64,000 nt of DNA from Dehalococcoidia bacterium (GTDB lineage Bacteria; Chloroflexota; Dehalococcoidia; Lucifugimonadales; Australimonadaceae), in contig DAOUKL010000102.1 of NCBI GenBank assembly GCA_034421335.1, positions 2,292 through 66,291 of the forward strand, written 5' to 3'. The notes below the pieces were generated by a model, which had not been told where the DNA came from, did not search any database, and saw only the letters and a list, made by a program, of their open reading frames with translations. Below, in pieces: positions 36,337 through 45,680 of this stretch. The translations under genes and the position numbers were made by a program. Within the stretch, counting starts at the first letter, position 1. The number at the start of each line of letters is the position of its first letter.

Positions 36337-36836
36337 CGCCCTCGCGGCTGTGGAACGGCCTCCGGTGGGCCGCTCAGATCGAGGTGTGGACCACGGCGAT
36401 CACGCTGGGACTCGCCACCGTGCTCGTCATTCAACTCATCAGCATCCCTTTCGGCGGATCCTCGATTGTCCTCTCCCCCCGCGGAACGGTCGAGGCCCTC
36501 TACCAAGCCGCGCAGGACGGCGACTATGAACGCGCGTACAACCTGCTCGACGAGCAAGGCCGCAGGGAGGTCGCCGCGATGGGAGCGAGCACGTGGCGCG
36601 CAATAGCCGACGAACTGTCCCAAGACCGCACGATCTCCGGGATGACGTACGGCAGCCAGCGCAACTACGGACGCAACGTGGTGCTGGGGATGCTCATCGA
36701 CTATGAGGACGGCACGCTGCGGGCCGCCACGGAGGAGCTGGTGCGCGAAGGAAGGGAGTGGCGCGTGATGTGGCCCCCCGGCTCCCGCAGCTTCGCCGAA
36801 ACGGTGCGGAAGTACGAACCCTGGTTCGGGTACTAG
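36333..36836 (+). CDS. Hypothetical membrane-anchored protein (167 aa)
   Basis: ATGA overlap with the MFS stop. One N-terminal TM (VWTTAITLGLATVLVIQLI) precedes a soluble domain. No family recognised. Confidence 0.55.
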   Translation: MTPSRLWNGLRWAAQIEVWTTAITLGLATVLVIQLISIPFGGSSIVLSPRGTVEALYQAAQDGDYERAYNLLDEQGRREVAAMGASTWRAIADELSQDRTISGMTYGSQRNYGRNVVLGMLIDYEDGTLRAATEELVREGREWRVMWPPGSRSFAETVRKYEPWFGY

Positions 36837-36875
36837 CCCCGCGCCGTCCTCTCCCCACGGGGGGAGGGAGACCGC

Positions 36876-37307
36876 CTAGTCGTCCGTGCCGACCCACCCG
36901 TGGACCGACAGGTCGAACGTCACCCCGTCCGGGCCGGTGAACTTCACTTCGACGTTCCCGCCGCCCGTCTCGCCCGGCCTGCGACGGTTGTACTCCTCAC
37001 GGATCTTCGGCTCGGTGTGCTCCACCGCCCCGGCGCTGAGCACCTGCGACTGCGCCTCGTCCATGTCGCTGACGCCGAAGCCGATGTGGTGTACGCCGGT
37101 CAGCTTCGGGCCGCCCTCGGTCACCGCCGCCCACTCCTGCCGCCACTTCAGAATCGCGAGGTTCACGTGGCCGTCGCTCAGGTAGTACCCCTCCGCCGTC
37201 GGGGAGTCCACCCTTCCCACCTGCTTCAGACCCAGGCCTTCCATGTAGAACTTGGCCGTAGCCTCCGGGTCGCTCGTTCCGAGCGCGATGTGTCGAATGC
37301 GCGCCAT
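36876..37307 (-). CDS. VOC/glyoxalase family protein
   Basis: 143 aa starting at MARIRHIALGTSDPEATAKFYMEGLGL, with ...VHHIGFGV. GGGAGG lies upstream of the ATG. Confidence 0.8.
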   Translation of the reverse strand: MARIRHIALGTSDPEATAKFYMEGLGLKQVGRVDSPTAEGYYLSDGHVNLAILKWRQEWAAVTEGGPKLTGVHHIGFGVSDMDEAQSQVLSAGAVEHTEPKIREEYNRRRPGETGGGNVEVKFTGPDGVTFDLSVHGWVGTDD

Positions 37308-37364
37308 CGTGCCGCCTCCCGTGAAATGCGTGGCTGAAGGATACACCACTGCTTCTCCCACCAT

Positions 37365-37427
37365 CTCCGCCCTCTCCCCTGCCCCTCCCCCTGAGGGGGA
37401 GATGCCCGAAGGGCAGAGAGGGCGGAG
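37365..37427. repeat. Composite nested hairpin element (outer 11-bp stem enclosing two hairpin modules)
   Basis: The outer stem ctccgccctct (37365-75) pairs with agagggcggag (37417-27). Inside it are ctccccc-tga-gggggag (37385-37401) and tgccc-gaa-gggca (37403-37415). Confidence 0.75.
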
Positions 37428-37523
37428 CGCGTCGCGCGCAGCGGTGGAACCGCCCAAACTGGCGTATAGTCTCCCGTGGGGCGAGCGCCCGACGCGCTCC
37501 CTACGCCGAAACGGAGGACCCGC

Positions 37524-38516
37524 ATGGACCTGAGACTAAGCATCGCGCTTGCGAACAACCCTCGCACGTGGCCGATTATGACCGGTGAGGTGAAACCGGA
37601 CGGGATCGAGTTCATCCCCACGTCCGTCCACGGCTCGGAAATCTTCTGGCGGCAACTCAAGTTTGCCGAGTTCGACGTGTCGGAGATGTCGTTCTCGTCG
37701 CTGATGATGGCCACCGCGCACGGCGACACGAACTGGATAGGGCTGCCCATCTTTACGACCCGCAGCTTCTTCCACACCGGCGTGCTCGTGCGGAAGGACG
37801 CGGGCATCGAGAGTCCCGCCGACCTCAAGGGCAAGCGCGTCGGGGTGCCGGAGTACCAGCAGACCGCGGCTCTGTGGACTCGGGGAGTGCTGCAGCATGA
37901 GTTCGGCGTCGAGCCGAAGGACATGGAGTTCTTCATGGAGCGCGTGCCGGAGGTGAGCCATGGCGGCGCCACCGGGTTCAAGCCTCCGGAGGGCGTCACC
38001 GTCAACCAGATCCCCATCGAGAAGAACATCGGCTCAATGATGCTCTCCGGCGAGTTGCAGGCGACGCTCCTCTACCTCCGCGACCCCAACCTCGTCGACC
38101 GGAGCACGGCGGACCTCCACAACCACCCGGACATCCAGCCCCTCTTCCCGGACCCGGAGGCGGAGGGCATCCGCTACTACGCCAAGACCGGCGTCTACCC
38201 CATCAACCACGGCATGGTCATACGCCGCTCCGTGGCGGAGGAGCACCCCTGGGCCGCCCTCAACATCCTCAAGGCCTACGTCGCCGCGAACGAACTGACC
38301 AACCGACGCCGCATGGAGCACGTGGAGTACTACGTGAAGAGCGGCCTCGTAAACAAGGAGTCGGCGGCTGCGCTGCGGCAACCCCTCCTCCAGCACGGCA
38401 TACGGGCCAACCGGCGCGTGCTCGAAACGGCGGCGCAGTACTCCCACGAGCAGGGGTTGACTCCCCGGTTGCTCCAGCTCGAGGAGGTCTTCGCGAAGAC
38501 GACGATGGACCAGTAG
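37524..38516 (+). CDS. 4,5-dihydroxyphthalate decarboxylase-like / periplasmic-binding-fold (NMT1-like) protein
   Basis: 330 aa. MDLRLSIALANNPRTWPIMTGEVKPDGIEF...FDVSEMSFSS...GKRVGVPEYQQTAALW, recalled as the PhtD-like family. GGAGGA lies upstream. Confidence 0.65.
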   Translation: MDLRLSIALANNPRTWPIMTGEVKPDGIEFIPTSVHGSEIFWRQLKFAEFDVSEMSFSSLMMATAHGDTNWIGLPIFTTRSFFHTGVLVRKDAGIESPADLKGKRVGVPEYQQTAALWTRGVLQHEFGVEPKDMEFFMERVPEVSHGGATGFKPPEGVTVNQIPIEKNIGSMMLSGELQATLLYLRDPNLVDRSTADLHNHPDIQPLFPDPEAEGIRYYAKTGVYPINHGMVIRRSVAEEHPWAALNILKAYVAANELTNRRRMEHVEYYVKSGLVNKESAAALRQPLLQHGIRANRRVLETAAQYSHEQGLTPRLLQLEEVFAKTTMDQ

Positions 38517-38630
38517 CCGCTTGGCGCCCTCTCCCCGCTTCTGCGGGGAGGGTTAGGGAGAGGTCCGGCGGTCGGACTTGTTGTGCGACACCAGCACAAA
38601 GGCGCAAGGCAACCGCGAAGGAGGCGGAGC

Positions 38631-39041
38631 ATGGGCGGAATCAGCGGAGTGAACCACGTGGCCGCGATGGCCAGGAACATGGACGAGACGGTGCGCTTCT
38701 ACGGCGAGTTGCTCGACATCCCCTTTCGCAAGGTCGTGAACGACGAGCCGGGCCACAAGCACTACTCGCTCGACCTCGGCGGCGAGGGAACACTCGATTT
38801 CTTCGAGGCGCCTCCCGGGACCGCCGGAACGTCGCGCGATGCTGTCGGCGCGCTCAACCATCTGGCCGTCACGGCGACGCCGGAGTTCATCGACACGGTC
38901 GAGCATCGCCTCACGGAGCGCGGCATCGATTACCACCCCACGGACCGCGCCGGCCAGAAGACCATCTACCTGACGGATCCGAACGGCATCAATCTGCAGC
39001 TCTACCCGTCCACAGGAGGCAGCCGCCAGACCCCGGCGTAG
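38631..39041 (+). CDS. VOC/glyoxalase family protein
   Basis: 136 aa. GVNHVAAMARNMDETVRFYGELL...LNHLAV...NLQLY. GAAGGAGG lies upstream. Confidence 0.8.
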   Translation: MGGISGVNHVAAMARNMDETVRFYGELLDIPFRKVVNDEPGHKHYSLDLGGEGTLDFFEAPPGTAGTSRDAVGALNHLAVTATPEFIDTVEHRLTERGIDYHPTDRAGQKTIYLTDPNGINLQLYPSTGGSRQTPA

Positions 39042-39144
39042 ATGGCTATCTCTCCCCTCCCCCACATGAGTGCGGAGGGTCGCCGCGCAGCGGCGGGGAG
39101 AGGTTCCCCCTCCGGAGGGCGGAGGGGGCCGTGGTCCGACAGGC

Positions 39145-40536
39145 TCAGGAGCGGTCGCTGAGTCCTTGCAGGCCGATGCCCGCCTGACGGCGCAGCCTAT
39201 CGGCATTCAGCCGCTCCTGGTCCATTACCTTGAAGGCGTCGACGGTGAAGGGGCGCCAGGAATTGCGTAGAGCGCGGACGGCGCCCTCTTCTCTTTCCGC
39301 CGCTTCGACCAGCAGCGTGTACATGGGCAGAAGATAGCTGGACTGGGGAAGACGCCGCACCTCGCGGCCAAGCTCACTCATGCGCAGGTTGAACCCGTCC
39401 AGGGCCTGAAGCACCTCGGTCCGGTCGCACCCGCCATCGGTCTTGCGCCAGTCCCTGTAGCTCTGGTGGAAAGCGTCCCATGCCACGAGAAGTTCCCCGC
39501 GGTGGACATCGAAATTCTCGATCTCCGCCAGCTTATCCTCCAAATCGTCCTCGAGCAGCAGCTCGATTGTTCCGCTGACCCGCTCCAGAAGGGCCTCGCT
39601 CTCCTCGAAAACAGCGTCCATCTCATCCAGGGGTGAACCTGTCCCTCCTAGCGGGTGTGGAGGGGGCGCCTCGAAAGGAGCAGTGAGACTCTCTTGCAGT
39701 TTGCTATGCACGGCGATCAGGGCCTCGCGCTCGGCTTCCGCCTCCGCCAGGAGCGTCTTCGCCATGCTTTCCGTCGCGTCCACCGAAGGGAGTTCGGACA
39801 CGGCGTCGACTATCGCGTCGAATTGCGCGATGAGCTGATCGAGTTCCGCGATGATCGTGAAGGGGTCCAGATGAACCGCCACATCTTGCAGTGCGGCGTA
39901 GTCGCCGTGGAATCCATTCCAGTCGTCACTTACGGCGTCAACTGCTTCGGAGAACTCCATCAACTCCGCTCTCACTCTGGGGTCGGCGGCTGTCTCCAGT
40001 TGTTCCCGGAGTTCCAACGACATGTCTTCCACGTCCCTCCGGGCCTGGGCGGCATCGGAGCGCCGCAGCTCAACCTGCTCGAAGAGCGCCGTGTCGTCGG
40101 GCTGCCAGCGGTCCCGCAGCTGACGGAACGCCGCCTCTTCCTCCTCGGCGGCTGCGACCAGTATGTCGGCAAGCTCTTGGGTGATGGTGGTCCGGGGAAG
40201 GTTCCCGGCCTGCAAAGTCACGCCTGCGAAGTCGGCGGCGAAGCCCTGCAGCGCCTCATGGACCGAGCTCCTGTGGCAAGAGGTCAGTCCTGCGCGCCAT
40301 TGGTCAAGGTCCTGATGGAGCTGGTCCCATTCCAGAACGATGGCCTCCCATTGACCCGCAAATTCATCCACGGCCATCCGGTCGCCGGCTGATAGCGGCT
40401 CGGCGGCCTGGCCGGGTGTTGGGTCCGGGGGCGCCGTCGCCTGTGGCGTGTCGGCGGTATCGCCACAAGCCGCCAACAAGGCCAGCAATAGCGACCCCGA
40501 GAGAGCCGTGCTGAGGAAGCTGAATCGTACCTTCAT
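39145..40536 (-). CDS. Helical lipoprotein with three tandem ~125-140-aa internal repeats; unknown function
   Basis: 463 aa with lipobox LLALLAAC. The N- and C-terminal repeats align without gaps (W-D..HQ...WR....C...AL.GF...LP...L..AAE.EE.A.R.LR..W.P). The middle copy is degenerate and lacks the Cys. Confidence 0.75.
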   Translation of the reverse strand: MKVRFSFLSTALSGSLLLALLAACGDTADTPQATAPPDPTPGQAAEPLSAGDRMAVDEFAGQWEAIVLEWDQLHQDLDQWRAGLTSCHRSSVHEALQGFAADFAGVTLQAGNLPRTTITQELADILVAAAEEEEAAFRQLRDRWQPDDTALFEQVELRRSDAAQARRDVEDMSLELREQLETAADPRVRAELMEFSEAVDAVSDDWNGFHGDYAALQDVAVHLDPFTIIAELDQLIAQFDAIVDAVSELPSVDATESMAKTLLAEAEAEREALIAVHSKLQESLTAPFEAPPPHPLGGTGSPLDEMDAVFEESEALLERVSGTIELLLEDDLEDKLAEIENFDVHRGELLVAWDAFHQSYRDWRKTDGGCDRTEVLQALDGFNLRMSELGREVRRLPQSSYLLPMYTLLVEAAEREEGAVRALRNSWRPFTVDAFKVMDQERLNADRLRRQAGIGLQGLSDRS

Positions 40537-40539
40537 AAA

Positions 40540-41820
40540 CTACCTGCCTACCCCCACGAAATCAGTCACCAGGTCGCCTCTGAACTCGCCAAAAAGCAAA
40601 CGGTCCACCGCGCCCGCCAATGTCCGCGGGTTGTCCGCCAGCGCCATCAGGACATGCCGGTCCTGGTTCTGGTCGAGCACGGTGATGGACGTCCTCGCCG
40701 GGTCCAGGTCTGGAGCGAAAGGAGTGCCCAGGGTGTCGCCGATGCGTACTCCGGCGGCCTGGAGGTATCGACTCATAGGAAGGGCGTCCTCGTACAGTCC
40801 GAGGAACACGGTGTCCCGGCTCAGGTCCTCAACCCCTCGGATCTGGGAAGAGATCTCGTAGTTGGACAGGCCATTCTTCATCTGGATGCCGGCATCCCAC
40901 AGAGATTGTCTCCCCAGCAGGATGTCTACGCCGGCTTCCGAACCGGCCTCGTAGAAGTGCGGGAAGTCCGCCAGGTCGTACCCTCGTTCGCTCGATGTGA
41001 GGAAGTCGGCGATGTTGGACACCAGCCTGTCGTTGTCCAGCAGGGAGTTCTGGGGAGGGACCATGAAGGTGAAGTCGGCGATCGCCAGCACGTTGCGGCT
41101 ATCGCCCCCGGCGATGGGGCTAAGTCTCTCCGAGATTTCCACGACGGAAGACTCGGCGCCGGCGCCGGCGAAGGCCAGCCCGGGGCCGGAAGAGCGGATC
41201 GAGCCGGCGGTGTAGAGGGTTATAGCGTCCAGGCCGACGGTAAGCTCGTCGGGCTGGAAGTCCCTCACGATGATGTTCTGGAAATTCAGGTCGTAGTCCG
41301 CCACGTCGTAGAGGTAGTCCGGCCGGAACTCCACTCCGAACTGTGCGGCCAGGGTGTTTATCTGGTGGCGGCGGCCCGGGTCGCCTATCAGCACGAGTTT
41401 CCCGCCCTTCCGCACGAACCGCTCCACCAGGGCCGTTTCGGCCTCGGAGTACGCCAACCGGGGAAGGATGACCAGCAAGCTGTCTGCGCGCCGCAGCCTC
41501 TCTTCGAGGAGCCGGCCGGAATCAAGGAACTCCACGTCATACCCCCGGCGGGCTACCCGGGAGCTGAGGGCGAATATCTCGTTCTCCTGGAATGCGTTGG
41601 CGTGGGCGGCGTCCACCAGCAGGAGACCCCGCTTCACCTGGGCCGCGGCCGAGTCCACGAAAGCGCCGGGGGAGAGACGAGGCGCGTTTATCTGCTCGTA
41701 GGGAATCTCCACCTGAGGTGGAGGGTCGTAACCCCCACGGTAGAAGAGGAAGAATGCTGTCCCGAAAGCGACGACGGCGAATGCGGGCAACAGGGCTAGT
41801 AACGCCAGTTTACGGAGCAT
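40540..41820 (-). CDS. N-terminally anchored protein with DUF4350/GldG-like domain
   Basis: 426 aa. A TM segment, then GLLLVDAAHANAF...ADSLLVILPRLAYSEAE...KGGKLVLIGDP (DUF4350-like by recall). It stops 3 nt before the next ATG. Confidence 0.6.
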   Translation of the reverse strand: MLRKLALLALLPAFAVVAFGTAFFLFYRGGYDPPPQVEIPYEQINAPRLSPGAFVDSAAAQVKRGLLLVDAAHANAFQENEIFALSSRVARRGYDVEFLDSGRLLEERLRRADSLLVILPRLAYSEAETALVERFVRKGGKLVLIGDPGRRHQINTLAAQFGVEFRPDYLYDVADYDLNFQNIIVRDFQPDELTVGLDAITLYTAGSIRSSGPGLAFAGAGAESSVVEISERLSPIAGGDSRNVLAIADFTFMVPPQNSLLDNDRLVSNIADFLTSSERGYDLADFPHFYEAGSEAGVDILLGRQSLWDAGIQMKNGLSNYEISSQIRGVEDLSRDTVFLGLYEDALPMSRYLQAAGVRIGDTLGTPFAPDLDPARTSITVLDQNQDRHVLMALADNPRTLAGAVDRLLFGEFRGDLVTDFVGVGR

Positions 41821-42871
41821 ATCCCACGTACAGATAGTAGATGTTCGGTCGGCCTATGGTCAGGGGGAACTCCGGCAGCGGGTCCGCCTGGCCTGCGCCC
41901 AGTCTTCCGTAGAGCATGAGTCCTCGCAGGGCCTCGAGTTCCGGCTCGCGGTTGCCGTTGGCGTTCTCCTCTTGATATGCATCCAGGAGGGGATCGTCGC
42001 TATCGTCATCCGTTGTGAGCAGGCTGAGAGCATCGGCCGCGTTGGACCCACCCTCGCTGTCCAGGGCGTCGAACACCCGCCGCAGTTCCCGGAAGAACTC
42101 GACCTGCACCTCCAGGTTGACGTCCACGAAGCCATAGTTGGAGATTCCAGCCAGTTCCGCCGCCTTCCGGTTGGCGTCGCTGTCGCTCCCGATCTCGTCG
42201 ACCAGGCCCAGCCTCACGGCCTCTAGGCCGGGGTAGAGGCGTCCCTCGATCAGCTCATCCCTGGAGATACGGAGCCTGTCTCCCCTCTCGCTGATCACCG
42301 TCTGCGCGAAGGCCGACTTCAGCTGGTCCACCATGCCGATCCAGTCTCTCCTGGAAGAACCATCCAACTTGTGGGGGCCGCTGAACACCACATTCTCGCC
42401 GGGCAAGGGAGGAATCAGTGGGCCGGCGGAGGAGACTACCCCCACGTTTCCAACCAGCGATGATGGCTTGGCATAGGTATGGCTGGCCCCCATCGACATC
42501 ATGTATCCGCCGCTGGCGACGAGTCCGTTCATGACCAGCACAACAGGCTTCTCTTCACGGAGCTTGCGCGTCTCGATGTACAGGTGCTCGCTGGCGGCGG
42601 CGCCTCCGCCGGGGGAGGTCAGTTTGATGACCACCGCCTTGATGGAATCATCCTCACGGGCATAGTTGAGATACTCGCCGATCACGTAGGCCGAGTCCTC
42701 GTTTATAACCGTGAAGGGTATGTCGATCACGCCTACCTGAGGTTTTCCGGGGAAGGCGTAGACGAATGTCATGGCGCCGGCCGCGACGCCCAGACCGACC
42801 AGCAACGGCACGACAACGTACCAGCCGGTCAGCACTTTCCTCAGGACGGAGACGAAACCCATTAGCCCCAT
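41810..42871 (-). CDS. sppA: Signal peptide peptidase SppA (S49 family), membrane-anchored
   Basis: IKAVVIKLTSPGGGAAAS...LVASGGYMMSMGASHTYAKPSSLVGNVGV. The start is uncertain (42871, 42862 or GTG 42952). An 11-nt overlap joins it to the downstream gene. Confidence 0.8.
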   Translation of the reverse strand: MGLMGFVSVLRKVLTGWYVVVPLLVGLGVAAGAMTFVYAFPGKPQVGVIDIPFTVINEDSAYVIGEYLNYAREDDSIKAVVIKLTSPGGGAAASEHLYIETRKLREEKPVVLVMNGLVASGGYMMSMGASHTYAKPSSLVGNVGVVSSAGPLIPPLPGENVVFSGPHKLDGSSRRDWIGMVDQLKSAFAQTVISERGDRLRISRDELIEGRLYPGLEAVRLGLVDEIGSDSDANRKAAELAGISNYGFVDVNLEVQVEFFRELRRVFDALDSEGGSNAADALSLLTTDDDSDDPLLDAYQEENANGNREPELEALRGLMLYGRLGAGQADPLPEFPLTIGRPNIYYLYVGYAP

Positions 42872-42965
42872 TCTAACAGCGTGGAGAGATGCGCGAAGGA
42901 CAGTGGAGTTTCGAACCCCTCCTCGCGCCCTCGCGACATCCTCTCCATTCACGTGGGGAAGGGCC

Positions 42966-43913
42966 CTACAGAACCGTCAGCGAGTTCACCGCCGGGAGGC
43001 CCTCCACCGCGACGCGCCATTCGCGGGCGGCTGGCTGGAGCGTGAGCACTTGCCCGCCGTGCGTGCCGGCGAAGACCGCGCCCTCCCCGTCCACGGCGAG
43101 AGCGTCGACCGCCTCGACGAGGCCCTCGGCCATCAGAGGCTCCCAGTCCTCGCCGCCGTTGGCGCTCCGGTAGACCTTGGCGATTGCGCCCTCCGGGCGG
43201 TCGCGCCAGTTGCGGGGCCTGCCGGCGGTGGCCGAGGCGTAGAGCCGCTCGGGGGACGCCGGATCGTTCGCGATGGCGATCGTGTACATGGTTTCGAGGC
43301 CGCCGCAGCGCGACTGCCACGACTGCGCCCCGTCGGTGGTGCGGAAGAAACCGACGCCGGTTACGGCGAACACGTGGTCGCGCTCGCCGGGCGCCGCAGC
43401 GAGGCCGTGAATGTCGGGATGCATCCCCTCGCGGGCCTCGCGCCACGTCTCCCCGCCGTCGTCGCTCACCATCACGCCGCCGACCTCGACGCCGACGTAC
43501 ACCCGCTTCGGGTCCGTCGGCGATACGGCGATGGCGCGCAGGTTCGGCAGGTGCGGCGCCACAGGGAACGTCCACGACCAGTAGGTGGGGAGCTCCCGGA
43601 GGCTCAGCACCTCGGTGAACTGCTCCTCGGCGGGACGGCGGCGGTACAGCGCGGCGTTGTCGGCGCCGGCGAACACCGTGCCGTCGAGGGCGACAGCGAG
43701 CGAGCGCACGTCCACGCCGTCGAGCGTCGACTTCCATGTGGCGCCGTCGTCGCTGCTCTCGAAGAGTCCCTGCTCGGCGGCGGCGAGAACGACGCCCCCG
43801 GCGCGAGCGACCGCCTCTACCCGGCAGCCGTCGAGCGACCGGCGGACGACCTGCCACTCACCGGATTCCTTCTCGATTGCGACGACCCCGTCGCTGGTCC
43901 CTGCGGCGAGCAT
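42966..43913 (-). CDS. BNR/Asp-box repeat beta-propeller protein, paralogue 3
   Basis: 315 aa starting at MLAAGTSDG, with AGGAGG upstream. Asp-boxes SSDDGATW, SDDGGETW, TTDGAQSW, SANGGEDW. Confidence 0.75.
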   Translation of the reverse strand: MLAAGTSDGVVAIEKESGEWQVVRRSLDGCRVEAVARAGGVVLAAAEQGLFESSDDGATWKSTLDGVDVRSLAVALDGTVFAGADNAALYRRRPAEEQFTEVLSLRELPTYWSWTFPVAPHLPNLRAIAVSPTDPKRVYVGVEVGGVMVSDDGGETWREAREGMHPDIHGLAAAPGERDHVFAVTGVGFFRTTDGAQSWQSRCGGLETMYTIAIANDPASPERLYASATAGRPRNWRDRPEGAIAKVYRSANGGEDWEPLMAEGLVEAVDALAVDGEGAVFAGTHGGQVLTLQPAAREWRVAVEGLPAVNSLTVL

Positions 43914-44032
43914 TGCTCTCCTCCTGGTGGCGGATGACGCAACTATACACCGGCGCGGCCCCTGCGCGCCGCTTGACGCGGCGCGCTCGGACGCCAAGAA
44001 TGCGGGCCAGCGCGGGAAACAGGAGGCGGGCG

Positions 44033-44494
44033 ATGTCCGAGGCGAACAAAGCGGCGATCCGGCGGCTTTACGAGCGCGTCTACAACCAAGGGGACATCGA
44101 CCTCATCGACGAGATGTACTCCCGGGAGGTCGAGTTGCACATAGCGGGCGTCCCGGAAGACCCCTTCGGCCCTCAGCCCATCAAGGAACTGGCGGCGATG
44201 ACGCGCACGGCCTTCCCCGGCATCCGGGTCACCATCGACGACCTCATCGCGGCGGACGACAAAGTGGTGGCGAGCGTGTCCTTCAACGGCGCGTTCCAGG
44301 GGACGTTCAACGGACACTCGCCACGCATGAACCTGTCGTGGTGGCGCCGGATCGACGTCTACCGCCTCGCCAACGGCGTCATCGTCGAGCAGTGGGGCGA
44401 CCGCGACGACTACACGCTCCTCCAGCGCCTGGGCGTTGCTACCCCTCCGTTCGAGGACACCCGCCCCAACGCCCGAGCCGGCGGACGGCTGTAG
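44033..44494 (+). CDS. SnoaL-like / ester cyclase (NTF2 superfamily) protein
   Basis: 153 aa. MSEANKAAIRRLYERVYNQGDIDLIDEMY...VIVEQWGDRD, the typical ester-cyclase pattern. AGGAGG lies upstream. Confidence 0.7.
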   Translation: MSEANKAAIRRLYERVYNQGDIDLIDEMYSREVELHIAGVPEDPFGPQPIKELAAMTRTAFPGIRVTIDDLIAADDKVVASVSFNGAFQGTFNGHSPRMNLSWWRRIDVYRLANGVIVEQWGDRDDYTLLQRLGVATPPFEDTRPNARAGGRL

Positions 44495-44517
44495 GGGCAG
44501 TTCGAACCCTCTCCCAC

Positions 44518-45573
44518 CTACTCGATGGCGTAGAGCCGCGAGGGGTTGTCGCAGAGGATCTTGTCCACGACGCGGGTTTCGAGGAGTCCGCTCCCCTTGA
44601 GCGACTTCAGAGCCTCCAGCTCGCTCGACGTGTCCGAGTGGCCGTAGTCGGAGCCAATCATCAGGTGGTCTTCCGAAACGTGGCTGAGGATGTAGGGGAT
44701 ATCGTCGTTGGTCTGGCAGGCGACGTACATGCGGTTGTCGCCGAGCACGTCGTCGCCGAGACTCCGCCCCTCGCGCTCAACCCGCCGATCGAGGTCGTTG
44801 AGGACGTAGGGCACCCAGTTGGCGGCGACCTCGACGAACCCGAACCGGAGGCCGGGGAATCGCTGCGGGGTGCGCTTGAAGATGAGGGAGTGGAACGCGC
44901 TGATGACGGGGAGTTTGTTGCGGGCGTACGCATCGCCGTCGGTCAGTTCGACGAACGCGGGGTTGCCGCATCCGGCGTGGACCGTGATGGGCAGGTCGTT
45001 CTCGGCCGCCGCCTCGTAGAGCGGGTCGAAGTACTCGTCGGTCAGGCGCCGGTCGCCCTCGTAGCCGCGCATGAAGACCCCAACGGCGCCGTTGTCTTTC
45101 GCGTAGCGGAGGATGGCGGGGACTTCGTCCATGGTGTCGAGAGGCGGAACGGCGACCCACCGCAGGCGTCCCTTGCTCTGGGCCCACACGTCGGCCATCC
45201 AGCGGTTGTAGCTCTTGGCGAGTGCGAGCTCCACGTCCGGCCGGTCGGAGATCTTGGTTAGGTAGATGGTGGGGTAGAGCACCTGCACGTCGACCTCGAG
45301 CTCGTCCATGTGGGCGAGGCGGGCGTCGATGTCGCCGAGAGAGCGGGTCTGGAACGACGTGCGCGAGAAGCCGGAAAGCTCCTCCGAGGGGGCGCCGGTG
45401 GTTGCGGTGCCGAACGGACGCTGCCGCGCGCGCCCGTCGATGACCCACATGGGTCGGTCGGGGCGATCGGGGTTTTCGACGGCGCGGGGCTTGAATTCGA
45501 TGTCCTGCGGGTCGAGGTATTCCCAGGTCTGCTCGCTTTCGATCACGTGGCAGTCAGCGTCGATAACCGGCAT
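44518..45573 (-). CDS. Amidohydrolase-2 family metal-dependent hydrolase/decarboxylase
   Basis: 351 aa. MPVIDADCHVIE..., ...HAGCGNP... and ...GSDYGHSD... give the TIM-barrel metal-ligand pattern. Confidence 0.8.
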   Translation of the reverse strand: MPVIDADCHVIESEQTWEYLDPQDIEFKPRAVENPDRPDRPMWVIDGRARQRPFGTATTGAPSEELSGFSRTSFQTRSLGDIDARLAHMDELEVDVQVLYPTIYLTKISDRPDVELALAKSYNRWMADVWAQSKGRLRWVAVPPLDTMDEVPAILRYAKDNGAVGVFMRGYEGDRRLTDEYFDPLYEAAAENDLPITVHAGCGNPAFVELTDGDAYARNKLPVISAFHSLIFKRTPQRFPGLRFGFVEVAANWVPYVLNDLDRRVEREGRSLGDDVLGDNRMYVACQTNDDIPYILSHVSEDHLMIGSDYGHSDTSSELEALKSLKGSGLLETRVVDKILCDNPSRLYAIE

Positions 45574-45680
45574 GGCGATACCCTCCTGAGCGGATGAAGG
45601 AAGATTACACGTTTTTCGCGCGGGCCGCGCGGCATATCATGGGGCGCGGCTGACCAAGAGCGCACGAGGAGGAGCACGCG

